Assembly (NCBI GenBank): GCA_020354555.1
Contig: CP070648.1
Coordinates: forward strand, 685,278-699,444
Origin: Armatimonadota bacterium
GTDB lineage: Bacteria > Armatimonadota > Hebobacteria > GCA-020354555 > CP070648
Reading direction: 5' to 3'
DNA: 14,167 nucleotides
The notes beneath the pieces are model-generated. The model was not told the origin of the DNA, made no database searches, and was given only the letters and a program-made list of their open reading frames with translations. Of the stretch, positions 1-7,387 are shown piece by piece; the first letter of the stretch is position 1; each line of letters starts with the position of its first letter. A program made the position numbers and the translations under genes.

Positions 1-221
1 AGCGCCTGCTCGACCATCGCTTCGCCTTCGATCAGGAACTGCTGCGCCGCGGCGCGGCCCGCAGGAGTCAGCAGCGCCCGAGCCAGCCGCACGGCGGGAT
101 GTTTTAGGCTGGTGATACGTTCGTAGGAATCAATCACGGGGGTATCATACAGCGCGGCAGGGAGGCTTGTCACGCGGGGAGAGGGGCAGGGGGCCTGCGG
201 GCTGCGCTCAGGGTGAGCATG
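1..221 (-). CDS. TrmH/SpoU-family RNA 2'-O-methyltransferase, 5' end only; the gene continues past the left edge of the window
   Basis: The minus-strand frame is open to position 1. It translates as ...TSLPAALYDTPVIDSYERITSLKHPAVRLARALLTPAGRAAAQQFLIEGEAMVEQA. This fits the SpoU substrate-binding N-terminal domain signature (ITS..NP.VK.AR.L....GR....FLIEGE..V.EA). The start is uncertain: ATG at 221 (first ATG after the in-frame stop at 243-245) or GTG at 173. Neither has a clear SD. The six-frame track does not list it because it runs off the window. Confidence 0.5.
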
Positions 222-272
222 TTGCTGCTTCGCGGCAGAGGTCACCACAGGCGACGTCGGTGACGCCCGGGC

Positions 273-542
273 CTACGCCTTGGTCTCCGCCTTGGATGGC
301 TCGGCTTCCTTCTTGTCGGATTTCTTGTCCGGCTTGCCGCCGTTGTCGCCCGAAGACAGCCCCTTACGGGCGTAGTCCGTGGTATAGAACCCCGAGCCCT
401 TGTAGATGACCCCGACGGGGAATAGGAGCTTTCGCATTGGCCCGCCGCACTTGCGGCACTCCTTGAGCGGCGGATCGCTGACGCGCTGAATTAGCTCGAC
501 GCGGGATTTGCAGTCATTGCACTCGTATTCATATGTCGGCAT
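273..542 (-). CDS. FmdB-family zinc-ribbon protein (putative regulatory protein)
   Basis: The N-terminus MPTYEYECNDCKSRVELIQRVSDPPLKECRKCGG has the CxxC...CxxC pattern of the FmdB zinc-ribbon family, followed by a Lys/Glu-rich tail. RBS GAGGAGG lies upstream of the ATG at 542. Confidence 0.85.
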   Translation of the reverse strand: MPTYEYECNDCKSRVELIQRVSDPPLKECRKCGGPMRKLLFPVGVIYKGSGFYTTDYARKGLSSGDNGGKPDKKSDKKEAEPSKAETKA

Positions 543-638
543 CCCTGGACTGCCTCCTCACGGTGGGCGAGCGACGGGGGACACCGTCGCTCAAGAGAGC
601 GCAGCCGAGCGGGGAAGCCCGGCTGCGCGGCTAGGTCT

Positions 639-667
639 ATTATAGCACCGAGCGCCGGCTTTGGCAA
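639..667 (-). promoter_or_regulatory. Putative sigma70-type promoter for the FmdB-family gene: -35 TTGCCA (667..662), 17-bp spacer, -10 TATAAT (644..639)
   Basis: Read on the minus strand this is 5'-TTGCCA-aagccggcgctcggtgc-TATAAT-3'. The -10 hexamer is a perfect match and the -35 matches 5 of 6. Spacing is the ideal 17 bp. It sits about 95 nt upstream of the start codon at 542. An inverted repeat TTGGCA (661-666) / TGCCAA (683-688) overlaps the -35. Confidence 0.45.
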
Positions 668-870
668 TCTGCCGCGGAGAGTGCCAATCCCCGCGCTGGC
701 GCGAAGGTGCTCGGCGAGTTCGAAGAGGCGCAACGCCCACGACGCCGTCCGTGCGAGAGGTGGCTGGCGGCCGACGTCGAGCCCAGGGCAGGGGTCGCCA
801 GGCCGCGGCCAGAGCTGAGTGCATCACGAAACGAGGGACGTCCGTCGCGAGAGCCGGATAGGGCGAGCTG

Positions 871-2415
871 CTAGAGACCCGGCGCCGCCCCGGTCTCCGG
901 GGGAGCAATCGGTTCGGCGGGGGCGGGTTGTGCTGTCTCCGTCTCCTCCGCCGCTTCGCCGCCGGGCTGGGCGAAGAACCGCCATTGTCTCGTGGTCTCG
1001 TTCCCTCTCTGGTCGCGAGCCGTCACGCTCAGGGCGTGCCAGCCCGATTTGAGAGGCGCGAAGGCGCTCTGGTCGTCAATCGTGTAGGTGTAGTGACCAC
1101 TGTAGGGGTCATACTCGGCCTCGACCGGCGCGTCGTCGAGCGACATCGCAAGATCGGCAAGATCGAGCCCGCTCTGCTCGTCGAAGACCTGCGCGCCGAC
1201 CAGTTTGGGCAGGGTGATGCCGGTGACCATGTTCTCTCGCGGGGTCAGTAGGCGAATCGTCGGCGGGGAGATGTCCGGCCAGTTAGCGTCGAACCTGGCA
1301 AGGTTGCCGTCGTCCCAGACGAGGTAGAGCGAGCCGTTGCTATAGACCGCGGGGGCGGCCAAGTCGAAATCGGCCTTGGTGCCGGCGGCGAGGCCAGGTG
1401 GCCGCGCCAGATAGCGCCAGCGCGGCAGGCCGGTGGCGGCATCGAGCGCGTACACCATGCCACCGACGGCGCCGACGATGACGACGTCACCGACGACGGT
1501 CGGCGGCGTGGACATGAGCGTGTTGAAGGGGAACTCCCACAACGTCTTGCCCTTCTCGACGTCGAGGGCAAGCACGCGTCCGTCCACGAGGGAAATGTAG
1601 AGCCGGCCGTGTGCAACCGCCGGCGCGCCGGTGAGGAATGTGTTGAAGTCTACGGCCCATCTCTCCGTGCCGCGCCGGTTAAGCGCGGTGACATCGGATC
1701 GGCCGGCGACGTAGAGCGCGTCGTCGGTGACGACAACGGGATGAATCAGGGCCTTTCGGCGCGGCATGGTGATCTGCCGTCGAATCTTGCCGTCATCCGT
1801 GTCCAACGCAAAGAGTTGAGCATCCGCGGTGGGCACGAAGACGAAGCCGCCCGAGACCGCGGGGGCACCCCATAGCTCGTCGGTGAGCTGGGTTGACCAG
1901 CGGCGCGCGCCGGTGGCAGCGTCAATCGCCATGGCTCGGCGGTCGAGGGAGGTAGCGTAGACAACGCCGTCCACGACGACGGGGGCCGCGCGGATAGCCC
2001 GCGCGGCGGTTACCGCCCAGATCTCCTTGCCATCATCCGCGTTGAGGCAGACGACCTTGGTGTTATCGGCGCCGAGGAATACGCGACCGTCGGCGAAAGC
2101 CGGCGCGGCGAGGATGGTGTCACCGGCGTCATAGCTCCAGAGCCCGGCCCCGGTGGCCACGTCCAAGCAGTAGACGTAAGACCCGGCGGCGCAGAACACG
2201 CGGTCGGCGGTCACGGCGGGGGGCACACGCTGGCTGGATGCGGCCGTGGTGAACTTCCACACCAGGCTCAAGGGTGTCGCGAAGGCCTCCGCAGTGGCGT
2301 TGCGGCGCTCGGGCCCGTTGCGGTAGGCCAGCCAGTCGGCACCAAATGCGGGCAGCGTAACCGTCACCGCCACAGCCACGGCCAGCACGAGCACGAGCGA
2401 ACCCTTCGCGCGCAT
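871..2415 (-). CDS. Secreted PQQ-like beta-propeller repeat protein (BamB-like fold) with a C-terminal beta-sandwich and a Pro/Ala/Glu-rich tail
   Basis: Sec signal peptide MRAKGSLVLVLAVAVAVTVTLPAFG|ADW. Repeated [VL]Y[AC]LD..TG...W-type blades (VYCLDVATGAGLW, VVCLNADDGKEIW, AMAIDAATGARRW, LFALDTDDGKIRR, VLALDVEKGKTLW, VYALDAATGLPRW). Strong RBS GGAGG with a 6-nt spacer before the ATG at 2415. Confidence 0.85.
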   Translation of the reverse strand: MRAKGSLVLVLAVAVAVTVTLPAFGADWLAYRNGPERRNATAEAFATPLSLVWKFTTAASSQRVPPAVTADRVFCAAGSYVYCLDVATGAGLWSYDAGDTILAAPAFADGRVFLGADNTKVVCLNADDGKEIWAVTAARAIRAAPVVVDGVVYATSLDRRAMAIDAATGARRWSTQLTDELWGAPAVSGGFVFVPTADAQLFALDTDDGKIRRQITMPRRKALIHPVVVTDDALYVAGRSDVTALNRRGTERWAVDFNTFLTGAPAVAHGRLYISLVDGRVLALDVEKGKTLWEFPFNTLMSTPPTVVGDVVIVGAVGGMVYALDAATGLPRWRYLARPPGLAAGTKADFDLAAPAVYSNGSLYLVWDDGNLARFDANWPDISPPTIRLLTPRENMVTGITLPKLVGAQVFDEQSGLDLADLAMSLDDAPVEAEYDPYSGHYTYTIDDQSAFAPLKSGWHALSVTARDQRGNETTRQWRFFAQPGGEAAEETETAQPAPAEPIAPPETGAAPGL

Positions 2416-2507
2416 AAACCGCCTCCATGGAGGGTGTCACGATTCGGAAGCGCTGGCGCTGGCACACGCCTGGCTTCCGCGCAACCTCCGCCAACATCGT
2501 GCGCCTG

Positions 2508-2536
2508 AGTATAGCACACCAAGCGCCACCCGACAA
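2508..2536 (-). promoter_or_regulatory. Possible sigma70-like promoter for the PQQ-propeller gene: -35 TTGTCG (2536..2531), 17 bp, -10 TATACT (2513..2508)
   Basis: The hexamers match 4 of 6 and 5 of 6 with 17-bp spacing. This gives a leader of about 85 nt. It is weaker than the fmdB promoter. Confidence 0.25.
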
Positions 2537-2660
2537 GATTCAGCGCGACGCGCTCCGAGACGACCAAGACGAGCGAACCAGCGCACACGGGACGGGCTGC
2601 TGACGCTGCCGTGCGCCGCGTCAAGAGAGTCGGCCCGGCGCCTCGGCAGCCCTGCAGAGG

Positions 2661-3698
2661 TCACGGCGTTAACGTCGGCACTGGAATCCCTAGCTGGAGC
2701 GTCTCGGCGTAGCCGGCGACAATGGCCATGACGCAGATGATGGCGATGATGATCATCCCGTCGCGGGTGAGATTGGCAGGTGTCTCCCGGCGTGAAAGGG
2801 CCAGTGCCGCCCAGGCGCCGGCGGCCGCGGCGGCGAAGCCGCGAAGGACCCAGTGGACATCTTCCACGGCGTCCCCCCAAGCATCGAAGGTGATGAGCTG
2901 TACGTAACCGGTCAGTATCTGGAACGCCGCAGCCGCGCCAACGACCGACGCCGCGATCCACACGCCGCGTCGAGCTGCGAGCGCCATCCATGCTGCGGCG
3001 AGGAAGAGGGGCAGAACCGACGCGACCCTACCCGCCATGGCGAGGAGACGCCCTTCGGTATCGGGGAACGCTCTGTACGCGAACAAGACGGTCTGCGCCA
3101 GCGCCATTCCTGTTACCGAGGTCGCGCACCACGCGAGCGCACCGATGGTGACGAGGCTCAATGGCACGCGACGGAAGATGCGGGGTGACAAAGCGCCGCC
3201 GAGACCTCCGCCGGCCAGAACGACCGCGATCTGGACAACCGCCAGCGCGCCGATGTGGAACCGATAATGGAAGAGGGCGGTATCTCCGGAAGACAGCGGC
3301 GCCGCCCAATAGGTGTGGGCAAGCCAGAGAACGCACATCGCCGGCGCCACGACAGCGATCACGCCTGGGCCGACGAGCCACTTCCATCGCTTCACGGCCG
3401 CGCCAGCCAGCGCGCCCACGGCCAGCGCGATCAGCGCGTTGCCGATAATGCTATCAATGTGAAACGGGGGCACCCGAACGGGGAAGCGCGGAGCCGGGGG
3501 GCCACTGTAGGTCACAAGGAAGAAGCTCGGGACGACGGACAGCCACAAGCCCGCGAGTGCGGCCGCCGTGACAAGGAGTAGGATCCGGCCTCCCCGGGTG
3601 GGCGGACCTTCGTCGAGTAGAGCGAAGACCGGCGTGCAACGCGGCGGCGCAGGCCGCTCGACACGGGCACACTGCTGATCCGACCCCTCGCGGCTCAT
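2661..3698 (-). CDS. Polytopic integral membrane protein of unknown family (about 9 predicted TM helices)
   Basis: A long run of hydrophobic helices follows a roughly 40-aa polar N-terminal segment. The start is ambiguous: GTG at 3722, ATG at 3707, or ATG at 3698. A G-rich stretch lies about 10 nt upstream of the 3698 ATG. No family-defining motif was recognised. Confidence 0.55.
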   Translation of the reverse strand: MSREGSDQQCARVERPAPPRCTPVFALLDEGPPTRGGRILLLVTAAALAGLWLSVVPSFFLVTYSGPPAPRFPVRVPPFHIDSIIGNALIALAVGALAGAAVKRWKWLVGPGVIAVVAPAMCVLWLAHTYWAAPLSSGDTALFHYRFHIGALAVVQIAVVLAGGGLGGALSPRIFRRVPLSLVTIGALAWCATSVTGMALAQTVLFAYRAFPDTEGRLLAMAGRVASVLPLFLAAAWMALAARRGVWIAASVVGAAAAFQILTGYVQLITFDAWGDAVEDVHWVLRGFAAAAAGAWAALALSRRETPANLTRDGMIIIAIICVMAIVAGYAETLQLGIPVPTLTP

Positions 3699-3763
3699 GG
3701 TCTGCATACCCCCCGAGGCCACGCTGTCGCTCGCCTCTCAGCCGATCACCGGACGCTGTCCTC

Positions 3764-3793
3764 GGGGGCGCGCGAGGAGCCTCGCACGCCCCC
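3764..3793 (-). terminator. GC-rich hairpin 26 nt downstream of the secreted-protein stop (13-bp stem with 1 mismatch, 4-nt loop, no U-tract)
   Basis: gggggcgcgcgagg-(gagc loop region)-cctcgcacgccccc. Pairing runs 3764-3776 with 3781-3793, with one C/A mismatch. It lies immediately after the stop codon at 3819-3821 on the minus strand. Confidence 0.35.
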
Positions 3794-3818
3794 ACGATTC
3801 ACTTCGTCAAATAGGTCG

Positions 3819-5885
3819 CTACTGCATGCGGCGCAAGGTCTCGCGGCGGATCATGGCGCCGGTCTGCAAGTTGCGCAGCTCGACGCCAACATCGCGGAGC
3901 TGCGCCCAGTTGGTGGGGGCGAGCACCGCGCCGGTTTGGGCGGTGAGCGTCTGCGCGGGAAGCTGCAGCGACCCCACTGTGCCGGCCTGGAAGTTGCGTA
4001 TCTCGATCTCGTAACGCAGGGGCGAACCCGAGCGGTTCTCGACGTTGACGCCGCTGCGGTCGGCCTTGGGCTCGAACAGCACGCCGCGTGCGGCGTCGAG
4101 GAGCTTGATGTCGATGACGCGCTGCTGACGGGGGCCGACGCGCATGATGGTGCGCACCTGAGCCGGGATGTCCTGGGCGAGGAGCAGCGAAGTCTGGTTC
4201 GTCACCAACTTGTCGAGCGTGATGCCAGCCTGGTCGGCGTCAGACGCGACTTCGAAGACGAGGCCGGGGGTGAAGGCGCGCATTCTCCTGCCGCGCGCAT
4301 TGGCGAGCTGGACGTTGAGTTTCTTGTTGCGCGCGCGGCCAAAGACGTAGACATTCGGGAAGTCGGGAGCGGGCGTGATGCCTGTGTCGGGTACGAAGAG
4401 CCCGGCATACGGGATGCGGGTCTTGGAGTCAGTGTTGATGCGGTCGCCGACGTAGAGCCTGCGGCCGGCTTCATCGCTGATCTGGGTTACGCGCGCGGGT
4501 TTGTCCACGACGACGACGGCCATCATCGCGGCCTCGCCTTCCGTCGCTTCGGTCGGCAGGTGCGGGTCGGCGGGCGTGACATCGGCGTAACTGCGGCAGA
4601 TCGTTCTCGTGGCAGAGCCCCAGGTGAGGTCGTCGGTTGTCTTGTTGATGCGCACGACTCTCGTGGTGTCTGACGCTTCGTCCTCGGCATAGGGGACGTT
4701 GTTGTCATAGATGCGGATGCGGCGCTCGTTGCCGACCTCCTCGGTCTGATACGGCCACACGCAGTGCCCCCAGCCGGGGCCGTAAATGCTGAGGAGCGGG
4801 GCGTTCTTGGAGCCGAGTTGGCCGATGAGGTCGCGGCAGCGCTCCCAGGCCTCGTTATGGTCCTGGTTGTCGAGCAGCCACTGGCGGTTGGCCATGACGC
4901 TGGCTTCGAGCTGGGCGCCCTGGTGCTCGTTGACGCTGCGGTGGACTTCGTTGACGAAGTCGTAATTCCAAGCGCGGGGCAGCCGGTGGCTGTTCCACCA
5001 TGATTCGAAAAGCGACCACGGCTGCCAGAAGAGGAAGCGCTCGGCGGACAGGGTCATGCCGAAGCAGTTCCCGCCGGAGCCGACGCGCTTGTAGGTGCTG
5101 TCATACCAAGCCTGGGCAGCCGGGAGGTGGTTGCCGCCAGCGTCCTCGACTTCATTGGCGCCGAAGTAATGGCGGAAGCACTCCCAGGGTATAGTCGCCT
5201 CGCTGAAGTTGGCGAACTTCCAGCCGTGGAGGCCGCGCCAGCCGCGGGGAGCGACGACGCGGTAGTTCAGATGATTGCCGGTGCGATCGGCGGCCGTATC
5301 CTTGAGGTACAGGTCGTAGTCGTGGGCGATGGAGACGCTCGGTATCTCACAGCCGACGCACTCGCCAAAGTCTTCGCCCCACGGCATATAGTACGTGGTG
5401 CGGGCGCTGCCGTTGAACCACACCTGGCAAGTGCTGTTCACTTCGATCCCATAGATGAGGAGCCAACTGCCGGGCGCACCGTCGCCGCTGTCGGGCCAGA
5501 CGTCGGTGATGTGCGGAGGCTTGATCTCGAAGCGCGGGCGGGTCAGGATGTCCTTGCTGAAGCGCATGCTCGCCACGCCGAGTTGGCTGGCGATGCCGGG
5601 ATCGCGGCTTGCCACGACTGCCTGCTGCATGCCCGCGGGGAGTTGGGCGAAGGCGGTGACGACTCTCTGCTTCTGCGCGGTTGACCAGCTCTGCTTCGCC
5701 ACCATGGCCTGGAGGCTCTTCTGCAGGCTGGCCGTGGACAGCTTGACGATTTTCGCGGTCGGGACTGCGCTGACCTTCGGGGCGACCTTGACTTTGGGCG
5801 CTGCGACCTGGGCTTGGGCCGTAACGAGTGACAGCACCAAGGCGAGGCCGACGAGGATGCTGAGGGGAACGCTAACCTTTCGCAT
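3819..5885 (-). CDS. Secreted 689-aa protein of unknown function (Sec signal peptide; central Trp/Cys-rich domain with a possible Cys-His-Asp/Asn core; C-terminal beta-rich region)
   Basis: The true start is the ATG at 5885 (MRKVSVPLSILVGLALVLSLVTAQA|QV, a classic signal peptide). It is preceded by RBS AAAGGAGA with a 7-nt spacer. The 234-aa Arg-rich extension in the 923-aa track ORF overlaps the upstream aldolase gene in another frame and is spurious. Motifs: GSGGNCFGMT, GWGHCVWPY, IRIYDNNVPY. Confidence 0.75.
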   Translation of the reverse strand: MRKVSVPLSILVGLALVLSLVTAQAQVAAPKVKVAPKVSAVPTAKIVKLSTASLQKSLQAMVAKQSWSTAQKQRVVTAFAQLPAGMQQAVVASRDPGIASQLGVASMRFSKDILTRPRFEIKPPHITDVWPDSGDGAPGSWLLIYGIEVNSTCQVWFNGSARTTYYMPWGEDFGECVGCEIPSVSIAHDYDLYLKDTAADRTGNHLNYRVVAPRGWRGLHGWKFANFSEATIPWECFRHYFGANEVEDAGGNHLPAAQAWYDSTYKRVGSGGNCFGMTLSAERFLFWQPWSLFESWWNSHRLPRAWNYDFVNEVHRSVNEHQGAQLEASVMANRQWLLDNQDHNEAWERCRDLIGQLGSKNAPLLSIYGPGWGHCVWPYQTEEVGNERRIRIYDNNVPYAEDEASDTTRVVRINKTTDDLTWGSATRTICRSYADVTPADPHLPTEATEGEAAMMAVVVVDKPARVTQISDEAGRRLYVGDRINTDSKTRIPYAGLFVPDTGITPAPDFPNVYVFGRARNKKLNVQLANARGRRMRAFTPGLVFEVASDADQAGITLDKLVTNQTSLLLAQDIPAQVRTIMRVGPRQQRVIDIKLLDAARGVLFEPKADRSGVNVENRSGSPLRYEIEIRNFQAGTVGSLQLPAQTLTAQTGAVLAPTNWAQLRDVGVELRNLQTGAMIRRETLRRMQ

Positions 5886-6034
5886 CGGACTTTCTCCTTT
5901 GCTGTGACGATGCGCCATGGGTACGCTAGCGGAGCGTATTGTACGTGCGGGCCTCGATATCCTGCCGGGGGGGCGTATTTTCGCGGACAGCTGCCCGTCT
6001 CCGCGAATGGTTGGCGGGTGAGACGCCTGCCCTG

Positions 6035-7087
6035 CTACTGCTTGATGAGCGCCTTGGCCTCGTCGGACATCCATGCGTACTTGTGCCACCACGGCTGGCT
6101 GGTCGCGACGGTGAGGTCTTGGATGAGCTTCATGCGCGGCACGGCAACCGCGGCGAGCGCCGCTTCGAGAGCCTTCCAGTCCGTGACCCCGGGATCGGCG
6201 AACGGGTCCTTGAAGTACGCGCGGCCGCACATGGGCCCGGCGACGAGGTCGCAGACGATGCCGTACTGCGCGGCGTACTGCGGAAAGTCCACTGCCGCGC
6301 TGAGCACGAGCAGCGGGCGATCGACGACTGCCGCCATGGCCTCGGTTGTTTTGCGCACGACCTCGGGGCTGCTGATGCGCGCGAGCTTGCCGTTGTCGTC
6401 GGCCCAGAGCATGGGCACCTGCGTCTTGTAAAAGTCGCCGTAGGGGCCGAAGTCGCGGGCGATTTTGACGAGCGCCTCGGGGAGCCGCTCGCCGATCTCG
6501 CGCTTGGACATGTCGGCGGGGGTGTAGAGGGTCTCGTTGAAGAGCGGCTTGCCGAGCTTGCGGGAGCGCTCCCAGACGCCCGTCAGCCATTCCAGGTTCC
6601 GCTCCCAGGACTCGCGGTGGGCGGGGTCCACCTTGACCAGGGTCTTGAAACCGTCCACGCGGTCGGCGACTTCCTCGGGCTGAGCGGCGAGCTGAGGGAT
6701 CTGGCCTTTGCCGTCTTTCGTGGTCAGGAACTTCGTGTCCTCGAGCCTGCCGATGAGCATAGTGTCGGCGCCGAGGAGGGCGCGGAATCCCTCGGACATG
6801 TAGGCGAGGCTGTTGAACAGCGCCGCGGCCGGGACGCCGCCGAGGACCTTGGCGAACAAACGGGAGACCTCGGTGACGTGATCGTCGGTCGCCTTGTCAG
6901 GGAAGTCCTTCTCGCTGCCGCCGGCGGCGCGGGCGGTCTGGAAGAACCGGGTGAGCAGGCGCAGCACCGAGCTGTGCTGGTCGCAGGCCAAGACATCTAT
7001 CACGCCGTTGGGGGCAAACTTCGCGAGGGTGCTGAACACCTCACGGCTGACCTCGACGCCGTCGGCGAACTCTGCGCATACCGGCAT
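6035..7087 (-). CDS. Class I aldolase of the LacD/tagatose-1,6-bisphosphate aldolase family (aldolase-type TIM barrel), 351 aa
   Basis: The true start is the ATG at 7087, with a very strong RBS GAAGGAGGG and an 8-nt spacer. The 43-aa upstream extension in the track is spurious. Motifs align with LacD. GVIDVLACDQHSS corresponds to ISALAFDQRGA. FKTLVKVDP corresponds to DVLKVEVP, which holds the Schiff-base Lys. LVLSAAVDF corresponds to IYLSAGV. GPMCGRAYF corresponds to GVLCGRATW. Confidence 0.75.
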   Translation of the reverse strand: MPVCAEFADGVEVSREVFSTLAKFAPNGVIDVLACDQHSSVLRLLTRFFQTARAAGGSEKDFPDKATDDHVTEVSRLFAKVLGGVPAAALFNSLAYMSEGFRALLGADTMLIGRLEDTKFLTTKDGKGQIPQLAAQPEEVADRVDGFKTLVKVDPAHRESWERNLEWLTGVWERSRKLGKPLFNETLYTPADMSKREIGERLPEALVKIARDFGPYGDFYKTQVPMLWADDNGKLARISSPEVVRKTTEAMAAVVDRPLLVLSAAVDFPQYAAQYGIVCDLVAGPMCGRAYFKDPFADPGVTDWKALEAALAAVAVPRMKLIQDLTVATSQPWWHKYAWMSDEAKALIKQ

Positions 7088-7104
7088 AGCTTGTCCCTCC
7101 TTCA

Positions 7105-7130
7105 GTGCGCCGTGGAGTGGTTCGGCGCAC
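7105..7130. promoter_or_regulatory. Perfect 8-bp inverted repeat GTGCGCCG-N10-CGGCGCAC immediately upstream of the aldolase RBS (candidate operator or 5'-leader hairpin)
   Basis: Positions 7105-7112 pair exactly with 7123-7130. The repeat sits 5-17 nt upstream of the SD on the aldolase mRNA, inside the 300-bp divergent intergenic region 7088-7387. Confidence 0.3.
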
Positions 7131-7387
7131 GACTCACACGCGGATGCAAACGCATTGGCCGTATGAGATGTCGTTTTCGCCGGGTCTGGGGCGGCTCCTG
7201 CGCTACCCGCGCACAAGCCCGGAACCGCCGTTGGGATGCCAGGATGTTCGCGGCCCGGCGGGGAAAGGGGTAAGCCAACGAGCGCTGGGGCGCCGTGGGC
7301 GCGCCGGGACAGGCAGCGGACCGGTACCGGCGGAGGGAAGGCTCGGCGCCCGGCAGCAAGTCACGCCCCACGCTGAGGAGGACACGG

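Noticed and set aside
167-409. An 80-aa plus-strand ORF at the left end
   Set aside because: It is antisense to the FmdB zinc-ribbon gene and to the TrmH gene start region. It is Pro/Arg-rich and has no RBS.
711-730. The tRNA-like T-loop sequence GTTCGAA (718-724)
   Set aside because: The flanking bases do not form a T-stem. No acceptor or anticodon arm can be built around it. It lies inside the promoter and leader region of fmdB.
874-897. An imperfect hairpin (gagacc...ggtctc)
   Set aside because: It lies inside the last codons of the PQQ-propeller CDS rather than downstream of it. The stem is interrupted.
5886-6590. A 234-aa N-terminal extension of the 923-aa minus-strand ORF (MADGRLGAL... 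very Arg-rich)
   Set aside because: It overlaps the aldolase gene in a different frame and consists of Arg/Pro/Ala low-complexity sequence. The internal ATG at 5885 has a strong RBS and is followed immediately by a textbook signal peptide.
5939-7273. A 444-aa plus-strand ORF overlapping the secreted-protein and aldolase genes
   Set aside because: It is antisense to two well-supported genes. Its composition is Arg/Gly/Ala-rich and low-complexity. It has no RBS. This is the typical stop-codon-poor antisense frame of high-GC DNA.
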